Assembly: GCA_021812245.1 (NCBI GenBank)
Contig: JAKAOK010000004.1
Coordinates: forward strand, 18,223 to 82,222
From: a bacterium
GTDB lineage: Bacteria > SZUA-79 > Acidulodesulfobacterales > Acidulodesulfobacteraceae
Length of the DNA stretch: 64,000 nucleotides
Reading direction: 5' to 3'
Part shown: piece after piece, positions 18,141-27,484 of the stretch
How positions within the stretch are numbered: the first letter of the stretch is position 1
How the letters are laid out: each line of letters opens with the position of its first letter
Position numbers and translations under genes: made by a program
Notes under the pieces: model-generated
Seen by the model: the letters and a program-made list of their open reading frames with translations, nothing else
Database searches by the model: none
What the model was told of the DNA's origin: nothing

Positions 18141-19031
18141 ATGTTTTATAACGGAATTAAAGAATTTAACGAAATAAAAACAAATATAATTTCAGGTTTC
18201 GCCGAAGTAGCTTATAAGCCGGATTTTATATTTTTTTGCGTTGACTTCGACGGAACATTAGTAAATATATGCAAAAACCCTTTGGATGCTTACGCTCCCG
18301 AACAGCTTAAATTTTTTTTAAAAACCGCAGGTAAAATAAAAAATGTAATCTTATGCGTAATTACGGGGCGGGAACTGTACGATATACAAAACAGGGTCGG
18401 CATCTGCAAAAACATTATTTATTCCGGCAACCACGGTTTTGAGATAAAAAGTTATTACGATAGCCTTAAAATTGATTTCCTTGTAAAAAACGCCGAAAAA
18501 TATATTCCGCTGATACAAAAAACATTAAACAAAATAAATAAATTTCAAAAAACTGAATTGCAAAATTTAATCGTAGAAGACAAAAAATTCTCTATAAGCA
18601 TGCATTACAGGTTATTAAATTCCGGCGAAACTAAAATTTTAAAAGCATATATAAAAAATTTGCTTTCTAAAAATCCTTTATTTGATGAATATTTACATAT
18701 AACAAAGGGGAAAAAGATTATGGAAATAAGGCCTAATATCGACTGGAACAAAGGGCGCGCCTGTGATTATATCGTAAATGAATTCTCGAAACCGGCATTA
18801 AAAAAAGAATTAAATATTTTAAGAGTAAATATCGGGGACGATATTACGGACGAAACTATGTTTGTGCCGGACTATAAAATAAAAACCGCCTCGGACGGCA
18901 CAAATATAAAAGTAAAAACAATAAACTGCGTAATCGGAAAGAAAAAATCCCTCGCGGAGATTTACCTTGACGGATATAAATACACGCCGGTTTTCATAGA
19001 AAATATCTTATCCGCTTTTAAAGAAACTTAA
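18141..19031 (+). CDS. otsB: trehalose-phosphatase (HAD superfamily)
   Basis: HAD motifs DFDGTL, ITGR, GDDITDE. Divergently arranged with otsA. Confidence 0.8.
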   Translation: MFYNGIKEFNEIKTNIISGFAEVAYKPDFIFFCVDFDGTLVNICKNPLDAYAPEQLKFFLKTAGKIKNVILCVITGRELYDIQNRVGICKNIIYSGNHGFEIKSYYDSLKIDFLVKNAEKYIPLIQKTLNKINKFQKTELQNLIVEDKKFSISMHYRLLNSGETKILKAYIKNLLSKNPLFDEYLHITKGKKIMEIRPNIDWNKGRACDYIVNEFSKPALKKELNILRVNIGDDITDETMFVPDYKIKTASDGTNIKVKTINCVIGKKKSLAEIYLDGYKYTPVFIENILSAFKET

Positions 19032-19085
19032 CCCGCCCTATCCCCGTCAATATTTTTTCTTTTTCTTGATTATTGGCTCGAAGAT

Positions 19086-19949
19086 TTAAAATCTAAACCT
19101 TACGCCTGCTTCTGGACCGTCAAACTCTAAACTGCCGTTTACGCCGTTAGTATCTACATGGACTTTATCGTACACGTAATCCGCAAAAATAGACAGCGGA
19201 CCGACGGTTTTATAATTCACTCCAACATTTGCATGGTAATAATAACCGTCGGCCCCGACGGTAAATCCCTGAAATTTTCCAATAAAAGAAAAATCGTTTA
19301 AAGGCGATATTTTTATTCTTCCGCCTATTAAGGGTATGGGCAAATTTACGTTTTTTGACTCCGATAACCCTAAAGAAGCCGAATCTAATTCCGTTTTAGC
19401 CGTGATGACGTCCACGCCCACGCCAAGCCCGATGGAAGCGTATCTGTTAATCTCGAAATTATGGTCGTAAAACATTTTGTAGCTGTAAAGGTCTAATTTT
19501 GAATTAACCTCGGCGTTTATATTATATTCCTGGCCGTTGAAATAGACATTTTGAGATAATACCTTGGAGCCGCTATATTCATAAGGAACATATGTAAAAG
19601 AAATCCTATTGTCGTATAAAATATAAATAGCCGCTTTCAGCATAGGTTCGGTTTTGGTTGTTTGAAGCCCTAAATCCGAAGGGGTTATATTAGTAGGTCC
19701 GTTTCCTCCGACATTCCCCCCGGCTGCAACATGCCCCGTAAGATTCTGAAAATATGCCCCGCCTTTCACCTCGAACCCAAGTATGCCGGACGCATAAACT
19801 TTAGAAACGCCGGAAAAAACAAAGTAACATGCGCAAACAATAATAAATAATAATATTGCCAATCTAAGAGGTCTCTTTGACGTAAAAGCGTCATTGCGAG
19901 CTAAGCGAAGCAATCTCTTTCTTTTAAAATTTTTTAAATTTTCGGTCAT
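19086..19949 (-). CDS. outer-membrane beta-barrel protein (start codon uncertain)
   Basis: Signal-like segment LAILLFIIVCACYFVFSGVSKVYA, alternating beta-strand pattern, C-terminal ...GVRFRF. The annotated N-terminus (KRLLRLARNDA) is read through a copy of the palindromic repeat unit at 19890-19915. Confidence 0.55.
   Translation of the reverse strand: MTENLKNFKRKRLLRLARNDAFTSKRPLRLAILLFIIVCACYFVFSGVSKVYASGILGFEVKGGAYFQNLTGHVAAGGNVGGNGPTNITPSDLGLQTTKTEPMLKAAIYILYDNRISFTYVPYEYSGSKVLSQNVYFNGQEYNINAEVNSKLDLYSYKMFYDHNFEINRYASIGLGVGVDVITAKTELDSASLGLSESKNVNLPIPLIGGRIKISPLNDFSFIGKFQGFTVGADGYYYHANVGVNYKTVGPLSIFADYVYDKVHVDTNGVNGSLEFDGPEAGVRFRF
19890..19915. repeat. single unit of the GTCATTGCGAGC-AGCGAAGCAATC repeat inside the 5' end of the OMP ORF
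   Basis: GTCATTGCGAGCTAAGCGAAGCAATC read directly. Compare 6215, 13378, 56840 and 60692. Confidence 0.8.
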
Positions 19950-20183
19950 TTTAACTTTCCTCCCACTTTATCATTTTTCAAACTTACTTCTTATATCTTG
20001 CATCTGCAAATATTATCCGAAATCAAATTAAAATATTAAAATAAACCATAATGAGATTTATAATGAAATGAAATTAATTAAAATTCGTTAATTATGCTTA
20101 ATATTAATTGCTTAAATATTTATTATATACTTATTTTTTAATAATACCACAAAATTATAATTTTTTATATAAAATTACTTTAC

Positions 20184-21796
20184 CCCAAATCCCGATTTAG
20201 AAATTTAATACCTCTATAACTTAACCGATTTTTTATTTTTTTTAAAAAATCGGTTATTTTTCTATGCGGTATTATAAAAATACTTTTATTTTGACTTCAA
20301 AAAAATAATTTCTGTAAAATATATTGGAAAATTATATTTTAAGACTGTTTTCAGGCGCAATCCTCCTGTATAGTCGTTAAATTTTCCAAAAATAAGTTCA
20401 TACGCATAATATTTTCTGCCTTAATCCCAAAAGCAGCTTAAATCTATCCATATCCGTTTTTATTTTTAGAATAATATTGCCGGAATGTTTTATTATTTTT
20501 CCGGCTATATTAAAGAAAGACCATCTGAAAGTTTTTATTGTGTTATTTGAAAAAAACGGATTTAAAGATTTAAACCCTATAAAGAGATTATAGGATAGAA
20601 TGCCTATTGCAAAATATGCCTCGTTTGCAGCAAACGTCCCGCATGGCATACTTTCCATGGAAAAACCGCATTTAATCTCTTTATTGAAGTTCTCTGCCTG
20701 TCCTCTTTTATTGTGCCAGTTTAATATTTCCAATGGTTTTCCCTCGAGATTTGTAGCTACCGCATGATAAAAATATTGCCCTTCAAATAAATCGGGTTGT
20801 TTCCTGTATTCCCTTTTTATGATAAGCCTAAATGCTTTATCTGTTTTATTGGTACAGTGTATGGCTTCTGATATTTCAAAGTCTAATCCTTGGGGCTTTA
20901 TCCATTCCTCGATTGATTTAATAGCCTTTTTAACGGAAGAATCGAGATCCGCGGTTATTGCCCATTTAACGTTATCTTCTTCAAGTAAATTTATTAAAGA
21001 GGATTGATAAGATGCGCTGTCCGCCCTAAAGTATTTTATTGTTTTGCCGTAAGGCATATTATTTTTGCACTTTTTATAGAAATCTACATGATTATAGGCG
21101 GGAGAGATATTACCCTCCCTGAACTCATTATGCAGGCATATGCCGTTTTCAAATAAAAAACCGAGCATCGGCATATACCCCTTATTATTTTTATAAGTGT
21201 ACATACATTCTCTTTTCTCTGCCGTAATTTCGGTTGCATCTATATCCAAGGTATATTCGGCTATATCTTCCTTTTCAATTATTTTTTTTATTACCGAAGA
21301 ATTTATAGAATTTAATTCTTCTATATCTGTTCTTCTTAGCCAGTCTCCAACAGTATCGGGCTCCGGAATAATTTTAATGCCGGTAATGCCTAACAGTTCT
21401 TTTTCGTTTTTAAGTTCTCTTAAATCGTCTAAGCATCCTCCTCCCGCAGTTAATAGGAGGACTAAAGAATTTACAAATACCGAAGGCTTAAATCCTCTGT
21501 TGCTTTTAGGGGAGGCAAGATATTTATCAGACAGTTCCGTTAAGCCGATAGATTGGTTATATTCTGCAAAAATAGATAATCCCGCCTTTGAAGTTAATTT
21601 ATCTTTCGTCATTTCTAACTTGAAAGGAAATAGAGTTTGTTGTATCATTATTAATAACCCCCTTATTTTTTTCTATAGTTTGTGAAACCTTTTTGGTTGG
21701 AGATTTCAGTGATTATTATATCACGTAAACATAGAAAAATTAAGGGGGTTTTGTCATATTTATAGTTATTTTTTTTGTTCTAAATCGGGATTTGGG
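20184..21796 (-). mobile_element. IS1380-family insertion sequence, apparently intact (about 1.6 kb)
   Basis: Perfect 19-bp terminal inverted repeats CCCAAATCCCGATTTAGAA (20184-20202 and rc of 21778-21796). Single transposase ORF. Abutting direct repeat CTTTAC (20178-20183 and 21797-21802). Size, CC ends and short DR fit what I recall of IS1380. Confidence 0.85.
20398..21648 (-). CDS. IS1380-family DDE transposase
   Basis: 416 aa. N-terminal LTSKAGLSIF... and the central FREGNISPA motif are shared with the second copy at 46762..48014. Confidence 0.85.
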   Translation of the reverse strand: MIQQTLFPFKLEMTKDKLTSKAGLSIFAEYNQSIGLTELSDKYLASPKSNRGFKPSVFVNSLVLLLTAGGGCLDDLRELKNEKELLGITGIKIIPEPDTVGDWLRRTDIEELNSINSSVIKKIIEKEDIAEYTLDIDATEITAEKRECMYTYKNNKGYMPMLGFLFENGICLHNEFREGNISPAYNHVDFYKKCKNNMPYGKTIKYFRADSASYQSSLINLLEEDNVKWAITADLDSSVKKAIKSIEEWIKPQGLDFEISEAIHCTNKTDKAFRLIIKREYRKQPDLFEGQYFYHAVATNLEGKPLEILNWHNKRGQAENFNKEIKCGFSMESMPCGTFAANEAYFAIGILSYNLFIGFKSLNPFFSNNTIKTFRWSFFNIAGKIIKHSGNIILKIKTDMDRFKLLLGLRQKILCV

Positions 21797-21801
21797 CTTT
21801 A

Positions 21802-21951
21802 CCCTAATCCCGATTTAGGAATTTATTTTCTGGCATTTCCATCCGTATCAAAGACATGCTTCGATAAACACGGATGGAAATATCGCTTTCGCGGGAATCC
21901 AGCGTTATTTAGCATTAGAACTTATAAATATTTTCTAAATCGGGATTAGGG
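21802..21951. mobile_element. MITE-like element (150 bp) abutting the IS right end
   Basis: Ends CCCTAATCCCGATTTAGGAAT ... TTCTAAATCGGGATTAGGG. Different interior with its own hairpin (ATTTCCATCCGT...ACGGATGGAAAT). CTTTA(C) on both sides. Confidence 0.65.
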
Positions 21952-22120
21952 CTTTACGCCTTTTTCAACTTTTTAATTAACGGGATTATAGGTGAAAAAT
22001 AATCCTTACATTTTTATATTATTTATAATATATTAATTATTCATTTACATTGCCGCACTATAATCGTTTATAATGAAAGTATAAAAGTTATATATAGTTT
22101 TATTCGGTTATATAAAAACT

Positions 22121-22792
22121 ATGATAAAAGCCGTAATGATAGAGGACGATAAAGAAATTGCCGAACTTTTAAAAGAATATCTGCATCGCTTTAATATTGA
22201 CTTGACAAATTTTGAAAACGCGGAAGAAGGGCTTAAAGTCCTTAATGAAAAAAACGGCGAATTTGACATTTTGATATTAGATCTTACCTTGCCAGACATT
22301 GACGGCTTAGAAATTTGCAAAACAGTTTCGCGCTCAATCAATATCCCCATAATAATATCATCTGCAAGAGGAGATTATTCCGATATAGTGACCGGTCTTG
22401 AAATCGGCGCAGACGATTACGTAGCAAAGCCTTATAATCCGCGCGAACTTGTAGCAAGAATAAGGTCGCTTATAAGAAGAAAAACCGGACAAAAATCCAT
22501 ACCGAAACCTTTTGAAATAGACGAAACTAAAATGATTATAAAAAAAGACGGCGAAACCATAGATTTAACGTCCGCCGAATACGAACTTTTTCTTACTTTG
22601 TATAAAAACAAGGGCAACGTAATTACCCGCGACTTTATACTTGAAAATATAAAAACTATGAGTTATGAAAGCATCGACCGAAGCGTGGACGTCTTAATAG
22701 GAAGAATAAGAAAGAAAATAGGCGACGACCCTAAAAATCCAAAATATATTAAATCTATAAGGGGTTACGGCTATAAATTTTATGAAAATTAA
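22121..22792 (+). CDS. OmpR-family response regulator
   Basis: Receiver domain (DLTLPDIDG, phospho-Asp context) plus winged-helix C-terminus (IKSIRGYGYKF). Confidence 0.9.
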   Translation: MIKAVMIEDDKEIAELLKEYLHRFNIDLTNFENAEEGLKVLNEKNGEFDILILDLTLPDIDGLEICKTVSRSINIPIIISSARGDYSDIVTGLEIGADDYVAKPYNPRELVARIRSLIRRKTGQKSIPKPFEIDETKMIIKKDGETIDLTSAEYELFLTLYKNKGNVITRDFILENIKTMSYESIDRSVDVLIGRIRKKIGDDPKNPKYIKSIRGYGYKFYEN

Positions 22793-24029
22793 CAGGCATT
22801 CGGTATTGTTTAAAATCAACGTCGTCTTTATTTTAATTTTCATCATACTTCTGTTCTTTTATTTTTCGGCTTATAGAATTATTAACCGCATCGAAACTTT
22901 TCATTTTATAAAAAAAGTGATATTTTTGGCAAAGAAAAATAAATTGACCGACGAAAATTTTTTAGAAATAAGTTTAATAAAAAATAGAAAAGACATCTTA
23001 AAAATTTTAAAGGGGGGTAAATATTTATTAAAAAGAAACCCGCCCCGCGTTAGCTATATATTATCTTTATTAATATATAAAGGAAACGAATACATATATT
23101 TAAAATCAAAAATAGGAAAATCCGATTTTTTATTAGAAAGACGACCAAAAGCTTACGGCAGGCTGGAAATTTTAACGGCGGCATGGCTGGGATTAGATTT
23201 TGTTCTTATTCTTCTCTATTTAAGCATATACCGCTCTATAAACCCTCTCGGTAAGCTCAGGAATAAAATAGAGGAATTTAAAAACGGCAACATCGACGTA
23301 AATTTAGACGGATATATCGATAGAAAAGATGAAATCGGTTATGTTGCAAAAGAACTTAAGGGTGCCATAGATAACGTTAAAAAAACGATTAATACGAGGA
23401 CGTGGTTTATAAGAAATATTGCCCATGAATTAAAAACGCCGATTACTAAAGGAAAAATTGCGTTAGAGCTTTTAAAAGACGAAGACGAAAACAGAAAAAA
23501 AGTATTCGCCGATATTTTTATTAGATTAGAAACGCTTATAAATGAGCTTTTTTCTTCGGAAAAAATTGCCGCAGGAAACAAAGAAATAAATTTAACTTCA
23601 TTTAATTTTCAGGATGCTATAAACAGGGCTAAGGAACTCCTCTTAGTAAAACAAGACGAAAATATAGAGATAATGTTAGACGTAGAATACGCCGTTAAAG
23701 CAGACTTCGACCTGCTAAGCATTGCAGTTAAAAATCTAATAGAAAACGGCATTAAATTTAGCGATAACAAAAAAGTAACCGTCGAGATAAAAAACGACAT
23801 TTTAAGTTTTACAAATACCGGAAATAAACCGTCTATCCCGGAAGAAGCAATATTCGAACCGTTTTTAAAAGATACCAATATAAAAAATAAAGACGGATTC
23901 GGCCTTGGACTTTATATAACGAAACAGATACTCGAAAAACACGGGTTAAAAATTAAGTATGAATACTTAAAAGGAGAGAATGTTTTTTCTATCGATTTAC
24001 ATAAAATAATATACGTCAAAACTTTATAA
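22782..24029 (+). CDS. sensor histidine kinase
   Basis: Two TM segments, HAMP-like linker, H-box IAHELKTPIT, and N/G boxes (NLIENGIKFS, GFGLGLYI). Overlaps the regulator gene by 11 nt. Confidence 0.85.
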   Translation: MKINRHSVLFKINVVFILIFIILLFFYFSAYRIINRIETFHFIKKVIFLAKKNKLTDENFLEISLIKNRKDILKILKGGKYLLKRNPPRVSYILSLLIYKGNEYIYLKSKIGKSDFLLERRPKAYGRLEILTAAWLGLDFVLILLYLSIYRSINPLGKLRNKIEEFKNGNIDVNLDGYIDRKDEIGYVAKELKGAIDNVKKTINTRTWFIRNIAHELKTPITKGKIALELLKDEDENRKKVFADIFIRLETLINELFSSEKIAAGNKEINLTSFNFQDAINRAKELLLVKQDENIEIMLDVEYAVKADFDLLSIAVKNLIENGIKFSDNKKVTVEIKNDILSFTNTGNKPSIPEEAIFEPFLKDTNIKNKDGFGLGLYITKQILEKHGLKIKYEYLKGENVFSIDLHKIIYVKTL

Positions 24030-24052
24030 AACCTGAAACTTTAAAGATTTAA

Positions 24053-24092
24053 GGCGGCGATAAATCAGATTATGCTTTATCGCCGCCGTTTT
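24053..24092. terminator. bidirectional rho-independent terminator between convergent genes
   Basis: Perfect 12-bp stem GGCGGCGATAAA / TTTATCGCCGCC with an 11-nt loop, followed by GTTTT. A-rich on the other side. Confidence 0.6.
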
Positions 24093-24095
24093 AGT

Positions 24096-24635
24096 TTATT
24101 TAGCTAAATTTTCCTGCATCTTTTTCATCATATCTATTTTTTCGTTAAGCATTTTTTTCATAAATTCTAAATGTTTTATTCTGTTTTTTATTCTGTTTTT
24201 AATTAAATTGATAAATCTGTTTCTCTGCGCCGGAGTTAAGATATTAAAAAACTTAGAAATAAAATCCGCCTTAATTTCCGCCTTACTTTTTACATTATTC
24301 GTTAAATCGGAAACAAAAACGCTTTTATTAAAAGTTCCAGATTTTAAAGCGTTAAGCATCGGACTCCTTAAATTTCCCTTATTTGCCGTTAAAGCCTTAA
24401 ATTTTTCTTTTTTGGCGATAATAATCTGCCTTACCTGTTTTTTAGTCAGTCGTAATTTTCTTTTAAGCATAAAGACGTTGAATGAACATTTTCGATTCCT
24501 CATAAATTTATGCTTCATAAAATTAGAATCGCCTCGTCCCATTGCAAACGCGTATGTTCCCGTGAACATGGTTAGCGCCGAAAATAAGAGTAAAAAAATC
24601 GCAAGGCTCTTAACTTTAAAATAATTTTTCTTCAT
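24096..24635 (-). CDS. periplasmic CpxP/Spy/ZraP-like protein (LTxxQ motifs)
   Basis: Signal peptide, two LTxxQ motifs (LTKKQ, LTPAQ), helical Lys/Arg-rich sequence. Confidence 0.55.
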   Translation of the reverse strand: MKKNYFKVKSLAIFLLLFSALTMFTGTYAFAMGRGDSNFMKHKFMRNRKCSFNVFMLKRKLRLTKKQVRQIIIAKKEKFKALTANKGNLRSPMLNALKSGTFNKSVFVSDLTNNVKSKAEIKADFISKFFNILTPAQRNRFINLIKNRIKNRIKHLEFMKKMLNEKIDMMKKMQENLAK

Positions 24636-24839
24636 AAAATTCTCCTTTAAATAATGTTAAATTTAATTAATTAATATTTAATTATTTTTAAATTATAGCT
24701 TATTTCATTAAACGCATTATAAACCTTTTATTAACGGTTTTATTAATTAAAGGTTTATAAGTTAAATTTTGAAAATACGGTTATTTTTAAGCAAAAAATA
24801 TAAAAATAGATTTTTATGCGGCAGGAAAAGCCTTTGAAA

Positions 24840-24916
24840 TGGTCGGGACGACTGGATTTGAACCAGCGACCCCTTGCTCCCGAAGCAAGTGCGCTACCGA
24901 GCTGCGCTACGTCCCG
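24840..24916 (-). tRNA. tRNA-Pro (anticodon CGG)
   Basis: The reverse complement folds as a cloverleaf: acceptor CGGGACG/CGTCCCG, anticodon stem CTTGC/GCAAG with loop TTCGGGA, T-loop GGTTCAAATCC, encoded CCA. Confidence 0.9.
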
Positions 24917-25000
24917 AAAATACAGAAATGTTATTAAAATAGTATTTGATGCGGATTTTAAATAGGATATTATTATAAAACATTTATTTAATTTTTTCCA

Positions 25001-25651
25001 TTAAATTCTTTCGCGCATTTCATTAATCGTTTCTAAATAATTATCGGTTTTAAATATCCCCGACCCGCTCACAAAAATATCCGCGCCGGAATTGGCTATA
25101 TCGGCTATATTTAACGCTTTTATGCCGCCGTCAACCTCGATAAGCGTTTCTAATTCGCGCCGCCTTATAATCTTGCGCATTTTTTCTATTTTAAATAAAG
25201 AAGAATAAATAAAATCCTGGCCGCTGAAGCCGGGATTAACCGACATAATCAAAACTAAATCGATATAATTAAGTATCTCGCTTAAAAAATCTATAGGCGT
25301 TCCAGGATTTATCGCAACCCCGGGACTTGCTTCAAGTTCCCTTATCTTTTCGACCGTTCTGTGTAAATGCACCGAGCCTTCAAAATGCACCGTCAATATA
25401 TCCGCGCCGCTTTTAACGAACTGCTCTATATATCTTTCCGGTCTGTCTATCATTAAATGGACGTCTAACGGAATATCGGTCAGGGATTTTATAGCTTCGA
25501 CAATATCCCAACCTGCCGTAATATTTGGAACGAATATACCGTCCATAATATCGATATGTATTAAATCGGCTTCCGCCTCTTCTATCAGTTTAATTTCATC
25601 GGCAAGATTTAATAAATTTCCGGATAGAATGGAAGGTGCAATCTTTTTCAA
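25001..25651 (-). CDS. rpe: ribulose-phosphate 3-epimerase
   Basis: 216 aa. PSILS, HIDIMDG.FVPN and VHLM motifs. Confidence 0.9.
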   Translation of the reverse strand: MKKIAPSILSGNLLNLADEIKLIEEAEADLIHIDIMDGIFVPNITAGWDIVEAIKSLTDIPLDVHLMIDRPERYIEQFVKSGADILTVHFEGSVHLHRTVEKIRELEASPGVAINPGTPIDFLSEILNYIDLVLIMSVNPGFSGQDFIYSSLFKIEKMRKIIRRRELETLIEVDGGIKALNIADIANSGADIFVSGSGIFKTDNYLETINEMRERI

Positions 25652-25722
25652 AATTTTTTCCTCTTTTTATTTTTTTTTAACGAACAGATTTTAGTCTGTT
25701 CGCATTCTGTGATATTTAGGAG

Positions 25723-26586
25723 TTATATGCCGCCCCTTGCCATTTCTTTAAGTTTTTCGATTCTATCTTCGGTAGCGGGATGAGTACTGAATAAACTTTT
25801 AAATGTTCCTCCCCTTAAGGGATTAACTATGAACATATGAGCGGTAGCATGGGTCATTTGATTTGCCTGCATAGGTTCTTCTTTGTTTCCTTCCTCTAAT
25901 TTATTTAACGCGCTTGCCAGATAAAGAGGATTCCCGCTCAACATCGCGCCTCCTTTATCCGCCGCATATTCCCTCTGTCTGGATATGGCAAGCTGTATCA
26001 TTGTTGCAATAAGCGGAGCAAGTATGGCCATAGCGATTAAACCGATTATATTGCCTTCCCTGTCGTCGCTTCTTCCGCCGAAACCGCCGAACATCGCTCC
26101 CCATTCCGCCATCCACGCAAGCATGCTGATCGCGCCGGCAACGGTAGCCGCAATGGAACTTATAAGAATATCCCTGTTTTTTACGTGCGTAAGTTCATGC
26201 CCTATGACCCCCGATAGTTCGTTGGCGTTTAAAATTCTCATAATCCCCGTCGTAACGCAGACGGCGGCATGCTGAGGATTTCTGCCGGTAGCAAAGGCAT
26301 TCGGGATATCTTCTTCTACTATATAAACCTTAGGCATCGGGATGTTTCCTCTTACCGCAAGATTTCTGACTATGGAATAAAGTTCCGGATATTCCGCTTC
26401 CGTAACAGACGTTGCGTGATACATAGACAAAACTACTTTATCGCTGAACCAGTATGTTCCCAGATTCATCACCGCAGCTAATATCAGGGCTATTATCATC
26501 CCCTGCTCTCCCCCTATGGCCCCGCCGGCGACGATTAATAATCCCGTAAGAACCAGCATAAGCAGGAAAGTCTTAAAATAGTTCAT
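25723..26586 (-). CDS. htpX: zinc metalloprotease HtpX (M48)
   Basis: HELTH zinc motif, four TM segments, typical HtpX N-terminus. Confidence 0.9.
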   Translation of the reverse strand: MNYFKTFLLMLVLTGLLIVAGGAIGGEQGMIIALILAAVMNLGTYWFSDKVVLSMYHATSVTEAEYPELYSIVRNLAVRGNIPMPKVYIVEEDIPNAFATGRNPQHAAVCVTTGIMRILNANELSGVIGHELTHVKNRDILISSIAATVAGAISMLAWMAEWGAMFGGFGGRSDDREGNIIGLIAMAILAPLIATMIQLAISRQREYAADKGGAMLSGNPLYLASALNKLEEGNKEEPMQANQMTHATAHMFIVNPLRGGTFKSLFSTHPATEDRIEKLKEMARGGI

Positions 26587-26666
26587 TTATAAATTTATCC
26601 TCCGTAATTGCCAAAATTTTAGGTTTTCGCTTCAACACAATTATATATTATATCACAAAAATTAAT

Positions 26667-27365
26667 TTACTCAAACAACGAACCCTCCTCCGAACCCTCA
26701 TTCCCTTTTTTAACGACGTCCTCCATTTCTTTAATCGAGGGCAGGTCATTTAAATTTTTCAGGTTAAAAACCTCGATAAAATAATCGGTAGTCTTATAAA
26801 TCAAAGGCCTTCCCACTATTTCTTTTCTTCCGGCAACCCTGACAAGATTTTTTTCGAGTAAAAATTTTACCGTGCTTCCAGAGTCAAACCCTCTTATCGC
26901 ATCGATTTCGTTCTTAGTAACAGGTTGTTTATACGCTATAATAGATAAAGTTTCAAGTTGAGGTCCCGTAAATTTTAACGGCTTGACTTTTAAACTTCCA
27001 GAGATTACGTCAAAATATTCAGGTTTTGTTTTAAAGCTTATGCCGTTTTCATTAATAGATAAATATATGCCGTGATTTTCTTTTTCGTTGAATTCTTTTT
27101 TTATAAACTCAATCGCCTTTAAAATAATTTCTTTTTTGGCTTTAGCTTCTTTTTTTAACTGTTCTTCTAGAGCTTTATTTTTAACTTTAACGTGCTTGCC
27201 CCACTTGTTGCCTGAATTATTTGCGCAACTTTCCCGTACGTTAAACAGCTCAAGCAGTCTTTCTATGGAAACCGGCTCTTCCGAAGCAAAGATTACCGCC
27301 TCTATCGCAGGCGCTATACTTTCTAAATCGCCGGTATAATTATTTAATAAAGCGGAATAAATCAT
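26667..27365 (-). CDS. scpB: SMC-Scp complex subunit ScpB
   Basis: AIEAVIFASEEPVSIERL start and two winged-helix halves, with a Lys-rich insertion between them. Confidence 0.75.
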   Translation of the reverse strand: MIYSALLNNYTGDLESIAPAIEAVIFASEEPVSIERLLELFNVRESCANNSGNKWGKHVKVKNKALEEQLKKEAKAKKEIILKAIEFIKKEFNEKENHGIYLSINENGISFKTKPEYFDVISGSLKVKPLKFTGPQLETLSIIAYKQPVTKNEIDAIRGFDSGSTVKFLLEKNLVRVAGRKEIVGRPLIYKTTDYFIEVFNLKNLNDLPSIKEMEDVVKKGNEGSEEGSLFE

Positions 27366-27484
27366 AAATTTATACCATATTAATCTATATTATATTATAA
27401 AAACGTAAAAAGGGAGACGGACTTCAAATCCGACTCCCAATTTATAAGGTCTTTTATTATATTGCAAAACAAGACTGCTTGTGC

